A DNA stretch of 64,000 bases, from the NCBI GenBank assembly GCA_028534125.1, contig CM052816.1, positions 11,596,001-11,660,000 on the forward strand, in the 5' to 3' direction. Origin of the DNA: Lama glama. Taxonomy: Eukaryota. The notes under the pieces are model-generated. The model saw only the letters and a program-made list of their open reading frames with translations, searched no databases and was not told the origin of the DNA. Every line of letters starts with the position of its first letter. Position 1 is the first letter of the stretch. Positions 1 to 12,225 of this stretch are shown here, piece after piece. Position numbers and translations under genes: made by a program.

Positions 1-834
1 CACAACCCTAGAAAAGAGTGGATGTTTCAAAACCCAACAATAATTCCAAGATAGAGGAAAATAGCAAATAAAACTGTTATTTGAAATAATAAAGTCACAA
101 AAATACAACATAAGAAGACCAGTAGAATATTCTGCTGACTATATGTTGGAGACATATTTCCTGCTTGGTATGTGAATTCTTTGCATTACTTGCATCTCTT
201 GAAGCACTGATGAAATATGTTCTGTCCCTCCAGTTCCACAGGGTTTATTTCCCAGCTTTCAATTTAAACCTGTTGATAATACTTTTTAATCCCACCCTTG
301 AGTGCTCAGATAGATTGATTTACTTGATATTTATTCATTAGATGCTGTGAGAATGTTACCAGGATTCTGGTTTTTAACCACTTATTTCTAGACCAGTTAA
401 ATGATAGTAGCTGCCCTCTTTTTTCACGTCTCCCTCCCCATCAGCTCATCTCAGCTGCTCTTATCTCTTAGAGTTTTAGTCCTGAAAAATGTAACCTTTG
501 CAGTTACATCTTAGTGAAAATGAGTGTTCTACAAGTGATACGGTTTTTGTTCCTACCACTGAGTTTAAATCGATGCCTTTACCTTGACTGTGAGACTTGG
601 GAATCCAGAAATACCTCGGTGGCTCATTTGAATTCATCAGGGTTGCAACAGATGACTCATTGGTAAAGCTTCGGGGAATCCCTTAAACCAGCCAGCTGAA
701 GTTCTGGGGTATTACTTTCTATGAAGCTAGATGACACCTGGGAAGTAAAGCTCTTTCCTGAAACAGCAGAAGGTGCTTTCCTGAGGTCGGAAGGTGTGGA
801 TGTCATTATTTGCGTAGTGATGAGAAATCATGTC

Positions 835-965
835 TCTGCATAGTGCGGTGTGGAGTGCAAAGGCCAGGAATCCGGAAATCTGGGCTCTGGCCCTGCCATC
901 CTCCTGGCCATGTTGCTTGGACTAGTTCCCTGGAACTTCACTATCATTTTTGTAACGTTAGTCAT
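835..965 (+). mobile_element. MIR SINE fragment
   Basis: gcatagtgcggtgtggagtgc...aaatctgggctctggccctgcc...tgttgcttggactagttcc...tcatttttgtaa resembles the MIR core. Confidence 0.55.
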
Positions 966-1463
966 TGGGCTAGGAGGTCATTTTCAATTCTGAGGTTGTG
1001 TGATTTTTTTTTTTTTTAGCTCTCCTTCCTTTTCCCCAATGTGTAAATACCAGGATTTTTTTTTCAAGATTTTAAAATTTGTCTGGCAGCCTGCACAAAA
1101 ATTCAGAAGTTGAAGCTAAGTGGGGATCCAAGAACATAAGAGATAATTCATGTTAACAAGTAGATGGTCGAGTTGAGGTGGTGGCAATAAAATATTTTAA
1201 AATAAGACATATACTTAAAAAGGTACTAATTGGCAAGAAGGGGTGGTAAGCATGTGGTAGGGATGGTACAGTTTCATTTTATAATCATATTCACATGAGC
1301 TAAGTATACTGCATATTACAAAGATTTGTAAGTCTTGTAGGTGTCTTTGAGCTTTGGTGCCAGTAATAGATATGTTGGCTTATTTTCAGCCCATGCCTTC
1401 TGTAAACACAGACTGTTCTGGACCATTTGGAGAAAGCCAGCTACAACAGTAATAGCAGTAGCT

Positions 1464-1621
1464 GGGGAGGAGATAGCTCAAATGGTAAAGCGCATGCTTA
1501 GCATGCATGAGGTCCTGGGTTCTATCCCCAGCACCTCTTCTAAAAAATACGTAAGCCTAATTACCTTCCCCCCGGGGGGAGAAAAAAACACATTAAAAAA
1601 AGAAACAAAAAATTAAAAAAA
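1464..1621 (+). mobile_element. tRNA(Ala)-derived camelid-type SINE (vic-1-like) with 13-bp TSD
   Basis: GGGGAGGAGATAGCTCAAATGGTAAAGCGCATGCTTAGCATGCATGAGGTCCTGGGTTCTATCCCCAG carries A- and B-box-like motifs and is followed by an A-rich tail. Perfect TSD AATAGCAGTAGCT at 1451-1463 and 1622-1634. Confidence 0.92.
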
Positions 1622-1634
1622 AATAGCAGTAGCT

Positions 1635-1830
1635 ATAATTTCTTGAGTGTTTACCAGGAGCCAAGCTCAGCTCTGTTTTATGAATATTGAGTTCTCCCAA
1701 TAACCCTCTGAAAGAGAGATGCTGTTGTCAGTCTTCCATTTTACAGATGAGGAAACGGAGGCACACGGAGGTTGAATCACTGGCCCAGTGTCATCACCTG
1801 CTGCTGCTGAGCAGCAGAGCTTGATACTCA
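1635..1830 (-). mobile_element. MIR SINE (interrupted by the SINE at 1464-1621)
   Basis: ccattttacagatgaggaaacggaggcacacggaggttgaatcactggcccag is the MIR core in reverse orientation. Confidence 0.8.
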
Positions 1831-3204
1831 CATGACCCAAAAGTAGACACTTGTGCTTGAAGTGTGCACTATGCTACTTGCTTTCCTAGTGCTCTTTTAT
1901 GCTCATGCCCAGCCGGAATCGTGGGAGATTTGGGATCCGTGTCTCCCCACTGTCCTGGATGGAATTTCCAACTCATCTATTACTTTTCTGAGCCTGTTCT
2001 CGTACTCTGTTGTGCTAAATTCAAAGACAGTGAGAAAATAGAATTTGTGGCACCATAAATCTTCACGTACCTCCTGTACACTTAAGGCGGGCACCAAATT
2101 GAAAACAGAAACAGCTCTGGCCAGGCTGCGTTGAAATATCAGAAAAATAGGGGCTGTGTCCGCAGCTTGTGTGGACTAAGTGCATTTTGGGTGCACATCG
2201 TGTGTGGATCAGATCTATTGTAGGATTGGGCTTAGATCCAGCTGGGCTCTTGGTGCTAAATTAAGGCTTTTAGTTTCACTGACAAGGCCAGGAAAAGGTC
2301 AGATTCAGGCATCTCCGATTAGGGGTTAATACAGATTCTGGGTGGAGCAAGTTGAATTGCAACGGTGATTTAATTTCTTGAAGGTACATGTAACAGTTAA
2401 ACTTGAGTTGTGTGCTGAAGTCCTGGAGCGTATTAATTACATGCCCTGTGAGCTCTCCAAGGTGTCCAGCTGTCCTCTTGGTCGTCCTGCCCCTCTCTGT
2501 CAGTGCTGATTTCTCCCCATTCTACGATAGTTTCATCTCTTGCTGAAGGACCCCTTTGGTGAGCAGACCCTTTGTGGATGAGGGGCACCGGCCAGAGCTC
2601 CAAGCAGACGATGGAGAGGAGGCTGGGTGTTTGCCTGTTAGGGAGAGAAGGCGGCTTGTGTGTCTCATGAACCTGGGTTTGCTGGACTGATATCTCTTTG
2701 TCACTTTCAGTTTCCTTGGAATTCCATTTGCTGCCTGGGATTTGACCCTTTTATTCCTTGTTTAGCTTTCTTCCGTAGAGTCTAGCTAAACCATTTTTCT
2801 ATTTTTCTCTGAATTTCCTTGTTAAAGGAAAGTGGTGGGCTTTGGAGAGTTAATAATTAACTCCTTTCACACTGACACCCCATTTAAGAAGAACTTGAAG
2901 GCTATAATTAAAAATTTTTTCTCGATCAGCAGCCTTTGGAGGGGATGAAGCTTTTGTTACTTTTAAAGACATTAACGTTTGCTAAAGCCCACCAGTTCTT
3001 TGTACTCTCTGCACTTCCTGATATGTGTGAAATATTTCACAGTTTAAAAAATTGCTGCTCTCCTCCCAACAAGGCTCTTTCGGTTTTTAAATAAATTTTA
3101 AACATTCTGTATAAAATGCTTTTGTGTAGGTATTACCTGCATGTACGTATTTTAAATTGTTCTTCTGGCAGAAGCATTTGTGTGCTTTTGCGCTAGCTCT
3201 CTGT

Positions 3205-3410
3205 GGAGGCAGCAGCATCCCCTGCACTGCCCAGCTGTGTGACCTCGGGCGGGCCATTCCATTTTCTGAGTCTCACTTTGCCCACATGTAAAATGAGGAT
3301 AATACTGGAACCTACTTCACAAAGTATTTGTGAGGAGTGAGTGAATTACATACATAAAATGTTTAGGACAGGACTGGGCACACAGTTGGTGATCAGCTGT
3401 TACTATTATT
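3205..3410 (+). mobile_element. MIR SINE
   Basis: cagctgtgtgacctcgggc...ctgagtctcactttgcccacatgtaaaatgaggataata...gtgaggagtgagtga. Confidence 0.75.
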
Positions 3411-3479
3411 TAAAAAGAAAAATGCAAGGCAAACTATAATTTTAAACTTAATTATTTCATTATGATATTATAGACAAAT

Positions 3480-3690
3480 ATTTAGTGGTTATGATGAGGC
3501 TGTCTTGGAGTTAGCTCAACCTGAGTTTAAATCTCTCTGCCCTCTCTCACAGAGGATATACGAACTTAACCTCTCTCCGGGTGAAATGTGAATATAGAAC
3601 CTACCTTTGAGATGAGAATTAAAGAAATAGCATAAATAAGTGCTTAAAATACCTTGTCACACAATAAATACTCCATAAATAATTTTTATC
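3480..3690 (+). mobile_element. MIR SINE (degenerate)
   Basis: tagtggtta...acctgagtttaaatctctctgcc...gtgaaatgtgaatatagaacctacct...taagtgcttaaaatacct. Confidence 0.55.
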
Positions 3691-3699
3691 TTTCCATTT

Positions 3700-4080
3700 A
3701 ACCCAGATTGGCATATTTCCTTCTAGTCTTTCATATGCAGATTTTAAGCTTGAGTAATTGCATTATAAGTACAATTCATGTCTCATTTTTTTCAAGTACT
3801 GTTTTATCGTACACGCGTTTCCCAGGAACTCCATAAACTGCGGAGCCGTCATTTTAATGAGTACGTGATATTTCATTAAGTGGTTATGTAAGAATTGCTT
3901 TCACCATTTCCTTAGGATTGAGCATTGGGGCTATTTCCAAGTTCTACTACCATTATAAAGGAGACCATGTGAAACATCTTTTTTATACAGAGTCTTTCAT
4001 GTTTTGTGTCATTACCTTAGGAATGATCCCCTGAAGTTCTCTTACAGGCATTGACGTTTTCATGGTCCTTTGAATGTATT
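3700..4080 (-). mobile_element. Old L1 (L1ME-like) 3' fragment
   Basis: tcattttaatgagtacgtgatatttcattaagtgg...gagcattggggctatttccaag resembles an L1ME 3' end. Confidence 0.45.
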
Positions 4081-4314
4081 GTTTATTTCTCTCACTGAAT
4101 GACAGGCTTCTGAGTGGGGCTCCCAACTCTGTCCTCAGCACCTGGCACGCAGTTTGTGCTCAGTGAGTATTTATGGAAATAGTGAACAAGTGCACGTACT
4201 ATTGTATTATTTTCCAAAAGTAGTAAGACTTCTTTATGTTTCCATCCTGTTGTCTTTTAGAAAGCCTTAAAAGCAGAGAAACTTTTTACCCGTTAGGCTA
4301 ATAGGGCAGGTAAC

Positions 4315-4530
4315 AATAATGGGTAATATTTGTCGAGAACTCTATTCCCCTGTCCTCGTACTTAGCACGTTACATGCATTACCTCCTCCAGTTTGCTCAG
4401 TGACTCTTTGTGATCAGTCCCATTTTCATCATTTTATGGCTGAGGAAGTTCGGAGAGGTGGGTTGGCTTGCCCAGGCTCACACAGGTACTGAGTGATAGA
4501 ACCTTCATTCAAACCAGGCCATCGGGCCCT
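4315..4530 (-). mobile_element. MIR SINE
   Basis: cattttatggctgaggaagttcggagaggtgggttggcttgcccaggctcacacag...attcaaaccagg. Confidence 0.75.
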
Positions 4531-5854
4531 TAGTCTGAACAGTCGATGATGAGGCTGCATATCCCCCAGACCTTACTTACTTTGCCAGCCGCCCACCCCT
4601 TTACACTTCAGCCAGTCTAATAAATTATTTCCCAGGAAGCCTGACTTTGTTGGCCAAATTCCAAACAAGGTATGACTCAAGAGTTGTCCCTCAGCCTTGA
4701 GGATTTTGCATCAGTCTCAGAACAGAGCCAGAGCTCTTACCACGCTGGTTGTTTAAAGGGAAGTCCACCCTTGCAGCTCACCAAATGAAGGACGTGTGAG
4801 TATATTTTTCATAAGCCTTAGATTTTTTATTGAAGGGAAGAATTTTATTAGGTTGGTTAACATTCAAGACAGCTGGTAGATTTAGAACATTGTCCACCTG
4901 GGAGTTATTGATCCACACGGGAATATCTGGGGCCGAACAATTCAAAGTGTGTGACCCTAGGGATTAACCAGTAATGTCCCAGTTAGCCAGCAATTGAAAT
5001 ACTAGGGCAACTTTTTAAAAGTCCATTCAACCCCTCCTTTTCCCTCACCAGTTTCTTATGGGGGCTGGGAATTTTAAAGAACATTTGCATCTATAAGCAC
5101 TACCTTTTTTTTTTTTCCCTTTCTCTTTGCAAATGATTGGCTTTTAAAAACAGCAGGCGGTTTATCTTCAGACTGTTATTTACATATAGAGATTTTATTT
5201 TTTAGTCATTCATATATAGCTTTTGTTCTGGTTGCTCTCGTTTTGTGACATTAAATGCTTAGAATTTTTTTAAAAAGCATTAGTTCTTAAACTTGCCATG
5301 GGCTTATGGCTTTGCCCTTCCACAGGTGATACGAAGAATAAGGGGTGAAGTTCATATATATGGTGCTCATGTCCACGGGGACATGGTCTCTGAGTTGTAA
5401 CCTGATACCTCGTTCACCCTCCCCTGGTTTTGTCCCCAAGAAATGATGATTGTGTTTAGCACTGAAAGGTTCTTCATGGAAGTCAAGGGCTCTCCAGGTT
5501 GGCGTTTGACAGTCAGCCAAGGAATTCTTATGGGCACAAACTGTGCTGAAGCAGAAGTGCTTCCATTGTGCACGTTTGTCCTCCAGCTTCTCCAGGGAGC
5601 ATGAGGGAGCTTCACTTGGTATCAGCAGGAAACAAAATGGATTTGGAGATATGGTGAGATGCTTTAAGTCTTAGGACAGTTCTAGGAACTCCACATGGTT
5701 CAGTCTCACTTATCTCCCCTAAATTTATAAAATTAAAAGCACTCAGATGTAGATGGAAATAACTTTGTGATGACAGGAAGGATTATGCCAAAGGTGAAAA
5801 AGTGGGAGACAACGACCCTATGAACATACCTTTTTAAGGAGGTGATATGCTGAG

Positions 5855-6045
5855 GGCTTAGAGTCATGGAAACCTGGGTGTCAGTCCAGATTCTGCACTT
5901 ACTAGCTGGGTGCCTTTGATGAAGTTTTCTTAACCAATCTGAGTTTTGTTTTCCTCATGTCACTCATGGGCTGGATGTGAGGATTAAATGAGACAGGGCA
6001 TGTAATGTGCTCAGCACAGCCCAGGAGTGGCCTCAGCCTCTCAGC
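5855..6045 (+). mobile_element. MIR SINE
   Basis: acctgggtgtcagtccagattctgcacttactagctgggtgcc...gtgaggattaaatgaga...gtgctcagcacag. Confidence 0.75.
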
Positions 6046-6544
6046 AATCGGTTGTTCCCTGAGGCTTTGGTTCTGTCTTGTGCTGCCTCTGTTGCACCCA
6101 ACCCCTGGGACCTAGGGAAAGCTGGTGCACCCTGCTGGGGTCTGTGTTGTCAGATGGAAGGATTAGTGACTCTTAGAGGTGATGTGAAGAACAGGGACAG
6201 TATGCTCTGTGAGATATGAGCAGGCACAAGCTGAGCCCCTGCTGATGTTTCCTCCAGGTCACTGACCACCCGCTGAGAGGGGGTCCCTACTTGTGAGAGT
6301 CCCACTGTGACGGCCTGGAGTCAGATCGAGGTCCATAAAGCAATCAGGGGTCGATTTCCAGGCGACAGGGGGGACAGGACGTCATGGCTAACGATAGTCT
6401 GTCATGTGTCAGTAGCTTTATCTGTTGCCTCTTTGAATCCTCAGAGCAGTCCTGCGAGGAAGTATGTGTATTCTCCTCCCTCCACCTGCTTTACAGGCAC
6501 AGAGACAGATCCGGGGAGGCAGCCACTCATTGTGGAAAGAGTGG

Positions 6545-6745
6545 GAGAAATCCAGGTTTAAATTCCAGGTTGGCTACTTCCTAGCTGTGTGACGGTGAGC
6601 AAGTTACTCACCTCTTTGAGGCCCAGTCTCCTTACCCAGATATGGCGAGAGTGAAAGTATCTTACCTCCTAGGGCTGTTTAGAGGGTTAAAAGCAATTAT
6701 GTAGGCAAAACCCTTGGCCTGTAGTTAGCCCGTGACCCATCATTA
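6545..6745 (+). mobile_element. MIR SINE
   Basis: ctacttcctagctgtgtgacggtgagcaagttactcacctctttgaggcccagtctcc. Confidence 0.7.
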
Positions 6746-8259
6746 ACCTCAGTATTGTTGAGATTTGGTGGGATCAGTTTTTGACCAAATAAGTTTTGGA
6801 AAGTTATATTTTGTTGAAGGAGAATGTGTGATAGGAAGACAAAGTAGACTGGCATTGCCTATAAAAAAGATCATTGACTTAGAGAAATTCCAGAATTTGA
6901 GGGCAGGAGAAGGGTAGAGATAAAAGAAGAAGAATTATCTGGGCAGCCATTGGACTTATTTAATATCTAGGCATCAGCTGGATTCTGATGGAGAATCCTA
7001 TTCTGTTAGAGACAGTTTGTTGATAAAAAGTCCAAGTATGCTGCTAACTGGTTTCTCTCTCAGAATAGGGAAGAAACAAGGGGAAATTATGGCTGAGCTT
7101 AAATCTGATGAATAGTGAAAAAATGGCTAATGAAGGGAATTGATAGGAGTCTTGTTTTTCAGTTTGTTAGTTTAAGAATCGTTGTAAGCATTAGTACTAG
7201 GGCCCTTTGGTGCCAGGCACCGAGGCCGTGCTGTTTCAATGTAAAGAAGACTGTCATATAATTAGGACAGAGACAGATGGACTAAGGCATGGACAGTGTC
7301 CCATCAGTGGAGGTTTCTAAGCAAGATGATCAGTTGTCAGAAATGCCATGAGTGGGTTGTAGCCCTGGGTAGGGGGCTAGCCGTGATTTCTTTTAATTAC
7401 TGATAAATTAATTATATCCAACAGATACACATGAACAAGCCATATTTTCCATGAAATCTAAGTCAGGAAAGCTAAAATTATGTGTGAGTCACATTTAAAA
7501 AAATTAAAAATGAAAATAGACTGATTGAGTCACATTAGAGGGTAGGGGACCAATGCCTTTTAGCCACTGAAGTGTTCATATCAGGTCAGGGTTTCTTTGC
7601 AAGTTGACAATATGGAAATGGCTTTGTTGTCTTTCATTCTGATATTTGACCCCAGGACAACTCCCTAAACTGGGGTGGGCCATTTTCGTTTCTTTGCTGA
7701 GAGTTTCTGTTCGGACTAGATGATATAAGGTCTTTTCCAATTTTTAGATTTTATTATTTTGGGATATATTCTTCTCCTTTACAAATTGTGAGAGTAAATA
7801 TTCTCCTTAAGGAAAGAGGAAGCTTTATAATGTAAAGCAAGGACATCTGAATTAGTGTATCAATTTAATGTTCTGCAGCTTACACCTGAAGATTTTGTGT
7901 TACTCAACAAGATAAAAATGACTCTTACTCAAGAGTTTATTAGCCACTATGGGAAAATTATATTGAAGTCATAGAGTCTGTTAGGATATTCCTACTTGAA
8001 AAACATTGTATTTCAGATAGTTTGTAGATGTGATTAAATATTGATTTGTATATTAAGAATCATACGGTTTAGTCTGGGAGAAGGGCTGAAATAGCCGACT
8101 TACTTATCAGGCCTTTTGCACGTAATCAATAGGGAAGGGAAGGAACGCTGTCGCTGTGTACCCAGTGCCGTGACAGGTGTCCACGCGTGCAGTCTCACTA
8201 AAACCCCACAGCCCCCGAGTGTTGTCAGGTCCTGGATCCCGCTCTCTCAGCCCTGATTG

Positions 8260-8455
8260 CCTTGGGTCAAATCAAGGCTCTGCTTCTTAGTTGTCATGTG
8301 ATTTTGGTCCAGATGCTTCATTTCTCTGAGCCTTGGGTCACATCCAAAAAAAGAAGATAAGGCAGATAAGAGGGTAAAATCAGCCAATGCAGGTAAAGCG
8401 CTCAGCACAGTGCCTGGCACACAGCTCGTGCCAGCAGCTTTTAACGATTATCATT
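8260..8455 (+). mobile_element. MIR SINE
   Basis: ttgggtcaaatcaaggctctgcttcttagttgtcatgtgattttgg...ctctgagcct...gtaaagcgctcagcacagtgcctggcaca. Confidence 0.7.
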
Positions 8456-8957
8456 GTTCGGTGTTTTACAGTTTTATAGATGAGAAACCCTAACTATAGA
8501 AGAATTGGACAGCATCAGGTAAAAGGCACTTTATTGTGGCTAAAAGTCTTTTCCTGGAGAAGCACTGAGCAATGTTTCTCTTACTTTTTGATGAGAAAAC
8601 TGGATGTGGATTCCTCCCTCCCTCTCTCCTTTCCTTCCTTCCTGTGGCTGACACGGCTAGAAGCAGATCATACAGGGCCTCATAGCCACGATAAAGAAGG
8701 TGAATTTTATTATAAGAGCAGTGGAATGCTATTGAAGGGTTGAATACCTTGTATTCATACTGCTATGATTCTACATAAAGTGCATGAAAAGAATCTGGGA
8801 AAGTTTTATGTAAACCAACTTAGTAACAAAAGTTTAGAATCCAAAGGAAAGTGAGGTTTTTAAAGTAAACTTGGTGCATACCATTTCATCAAGAGGTGAG
8901 TGGTTTGATAGTGAACACACTTCAGCATCTGAAATGATCTCGCTAACTCCTCTTGGC

Positions 8958-9057
8958 NNNNNNNNNNNNNNNNNNNNNNNNNNNNNNNNNNNNNNNNNNN
9001 NNNNNNNNNNNNNNNNNNNNNNNNNNNNNNNNNNNNNNNNNNNNNNNNNNNNNNNNN
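8958..9057. other. Assembly gap (100 N) abutting a poly-C run at 9060-9076
   Basis: Exactly 100 N, the conventional placeholder for a gap of unknown size. Confidence 0.97.
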
Positions 9058-9204
9058 GTCCCCCCCCCCCCCCCCCGTTTCCTGTGGCAGCCTTTGTTAT
9101 CGTGACCTTTCACCACACTTTCCAGGATGCTAACTACTGGGCAGAGTGCACTGTAATTCCAAAATTCAAACGTCATTCAGAAGCAGTCAGTTGATCAGTC
9201 TTAT

Positions 9205-9505
9205 AATTCATCAACAGTGAGCATGTACTTTGTGCCAAATTCTGCACTAGACAGTGAGGATTCAAATGTACGTGACTGTTGTTCCCAGTCTCTGAGTACC
9301 TGACCATTGAATGTGGTAGATTTGTAAGCTGATAATTGGTTGGTAGATTGATACATTCATTCATTCATTCATTCAGTGGATACTATTGCATGCCTTCTGT
9401 GTACTGGGGGTTACATCTTGAACAAGACAGACAAGGCCCCTAGCCTTTTGGGACTTTCATTCCTGTGGGAATAGATAGTCATGAAAGAGATTTAGATGAA
9501 CAAGT
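9205..9505 (-). mobile_element. L2 LINE 3' fragments with (TTCA)n tail
   Basis: cattcattcattcattcattcag...tattgcatgccttctgtgtactgggg...gaacaagacagacaaggcccctagcc is a typical L2 3' end in reverse. Confidence 0.7.
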
Positions 9506-11924
9506 ATTTATTTACTGAGTGTTCACCAGAAGCTAGGTACTTTGAGCACCAGATTAGACATGATTTTAACAAATTCTTAGGGCAAGCCCGTATTACTGTT
9601 TTATCTCCGTTCCATGATGAGGCACAAGCTTAAGGAAAACGCCCAAGGTTTCTCAGCTAGCTTGGTCTCAACCCTAAATCTAACAATGTCATTCCATAAT
9701 TACGGTGCTATTTGTGGCCACACAGGGGTGTTTTGTGTGCTGTTGTCTCCCCCAGGAAAGAGCAGAGCTAAGGTGGGAGGAAGAGTGTGTGTGAGCAGGT
9801 GGGGAATGGGGAGGGTGGAAACACTGGACGTATAACAGTCTCATCTCTCCCTTCAAGAAGACAAATGCTTAACTGCACGTGCATTGCTGTTCCCGCCCCC
9901 ATCCCCTTTCTTCATCTGCCCTCTGCTTGGACTTCCCTTCACTCTGTGCATCACACTCATAACCAGACTTGGGTCTTACTCAAATCGTTCATCTTCTAGC
10001 GGCTTCTGCAAGTCCTGCCTTCATGCACGATCAGTTTCTACTTTACTTGTTCCATTGAATTTTTTTTTAAACATGGTAACGTTTCTCAAAGGCTGTCTTG
10101 CATTTCATTTATTTTGCATTTCTCTAATTCCTTCCAAGAGACCAGTGATCCCTAGAGTAGAGACATCATGTTTTCTATGCATCTAATTCCTCATTGCATC
10201 AGTGCAGTCCCTTACACACAATGGGCGCTGCTCCTGTTAATGGTACTTACTCCAAAGTCATGATCCGCTAGAAGCTTTATTTCCAGCGTAGGGGAGGGTG
10301 TCTTTCAATGCTTAATCTGGTTATTACAGTACCTAGCTTGTGGTAAGCACTCAGCACACGAATGGTTGTTCTTCATCTAATTATGGCTGATCTTTATCAC
10401 TGTGATAATTAAGTGAGCAGTTCTCTTTTGTTAAGAGAGCCCCATAGAGGTGTCCTTTTGAAAACTGCTTTCAAACTCTGTAATTTTTATAAGGTCTGCT
10501 GTTTACTCTCTTCAGAGCCCCCTAGGTGAGTCAGAGCTTCTTAAGGAAGCATCAGTTTAATAAAATAAATATACTGTCTGGGTCTAGCCCCCTTAAGTTC
10601 CGGCTTATTCGGCCTCCTCTTCATGCAGGCTTTTTGTTTTCTGTACCAATCAGCTATTTCTCAGACACTCTGAGAGTGGGGAATTTGTGAAGTGTTTTGA
10701 ATCTGAAAGTCTCTACTCTGGGACTCCTGTGGGGATGCGTTTGGCCAGCACAACCCTGGTATTAGGGAAATGAGACCGAGAGGGCTCACTTACCTGTCCA
10801 TTGGCAAATAGAGAAAGATAGCCTTGTAATAGGGAAAAAAAATTCTCAGAGGGGAAGGAAATAATAAAATCAAGCTGGTTTATGATTTGTCAGTCCAAAA
10901 AGCTTTTACGTCAAGCTGTATCTATGAAGGTGGATCTATTTAATGTTTGTTCTGCATTTCAGGCAACATTGTGTGATAAGTGGTGTAAATTTAGCTCCTT
11001 TAAGCCTCATCTCCTGGGGGTTGAGTTTTATGTGTTACAACTTTATTTGAAAGGACTCTATCGATTGGGCTTTGATTCAGCCCTTCCTTACCAAAGAGCT
11101 GTACTAAATAATGGCTTGGCCTCCCTGTTAGGGTTTTTGTTTTTAATCCATTTTATAGGTCTCTCTCTTTCTCCCTGCCCTGGTTCTCCACCTTCTGTTT
11201 TTAACTGTTCTGCTTAAAAAGATGTAAGTGGTATGAGAGAGGGGAAAACAGAGAAAGAAAAATCAACTGTCACATTGTGAACATAATTGATCCAATAAAT
11301 AACGTGTTTCAATTCCCAAGGCAAACCTCAAAGTCTTCACTTACGTCAATTAGCGCTCAGCTCAGTAAGTGGCCACCTTCTTAATTTAGATGGATGAGGA
11401 GCGTTCACTGGGGCTCACTTCCTAAGGAAGGAGTCGGCTTTTCTGGTTGTAAAGATGTACTGTCTAGGCTTATGGGCTCACTCTGCAGAAGGAAGCTTGA
11501 AACGGAGTTCACCTGGCCGTTGTCACTCTCCCTGAAAATAGAAGGAAGGTGTTGAGTTACTGCTCAGGGGTTTGTTGAAACAAAAAAGTTGAAACAAAGG
11601 GAAGGAAATCTCTTAGGCTATAAGCTCCATGAGGGCAGGGACTTAGGTTTGTTCACCGTTTAACCTCTGGTGCACACAGTAGGTGCACAATAGATATTTG
11701 TTAACTGGTTCTGTTGTTGAATGAGTGAGAGCAGACATGAGCACAGTTCAGCTCTTAGGTGAAGGATTAGGTTAATTTTCATTCTGCAGGTTGTTTCATC
11801 CCCCACCCCGTCCTTTCCCCCTTAGAAGTGATTAAGAAGAGCTGTTTCATCAGTTCCCTGACTGGCAAGGCTGTAAGGGATCCTGGAGGCAGCATGGAGC
11901 TGCTCTTTACATATTCTAGTATAT

Positions 11925-12225
11925 AAACTAGTTGTGCATCAGAACCACATGAGGTATGTTACAAATCTACAGATTCCATGCCCTAGCCTTGAAAATTGTT
12001 TTTTTTTTTTAATTATTAATTTTTTTTTAATTTTGGGGAGAGGAGGTATTAGGTTTATTTATTTTTAGAGGAGGTACTGGGGATTGAACCCAGGACCTTG
12101 TGCATGCTAAGCATGTGCTCTACCACTTGAGCTACACTCTCCTCACCCAGCCCTCGAAATTCTGATTACATCGGTCTGGGTAGGGAACCTGTATTTGCCT
12201 TTGTGGGTTCCCCTCGTGATTCTGT
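11925..12225. mobile_element. MER5A-like hAT DNA transposon, split by a SINE
   Basis: tgcatcagaaccacatgagg...acagattccatgccc|SINE|aaattctgattacatcggtctgggtagggaacctg. Confidence 0.6.
11999..12142 (-). mobile_element. tRNA(Ala)-derived camelid-type SINE (vic-1-like)
   Basis: Reverse complement reads GGAGAGTGTAGCTCAAGTGGTAGAGCACATGCTTAGCATGCACAAGGTCCTGGGTTCAATCCCCAGTACCTCC plus an A-rich tail. Degenerate TSD (ccctagccttgaaaatt / cccagccctcgaaatt). Confidence 0.92.

Noticed and set aside
1464..1537. tRNA-Ala-like gene (also at about 12070-12142 and 45688-45758)
   Set aside because: Each has a SINE tail and poly-A, a degenerate acceptor stem, and in one case a perfect TSD. These are SINE heads, not tRNA genes.
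5300..5660. Acceptor-like sites at 5325, 18348, 44600 and 49841
   Set aside because: No well-placed strong donor or recognisable reading frame; isolated acceptor-like motifs are abundant in long introns.
8871..9194. ORFs spanning the N run with poly-Pro or poly-Gly
   Set aside because: Artefacts of translating across the assembly gap and the C homopolymer.
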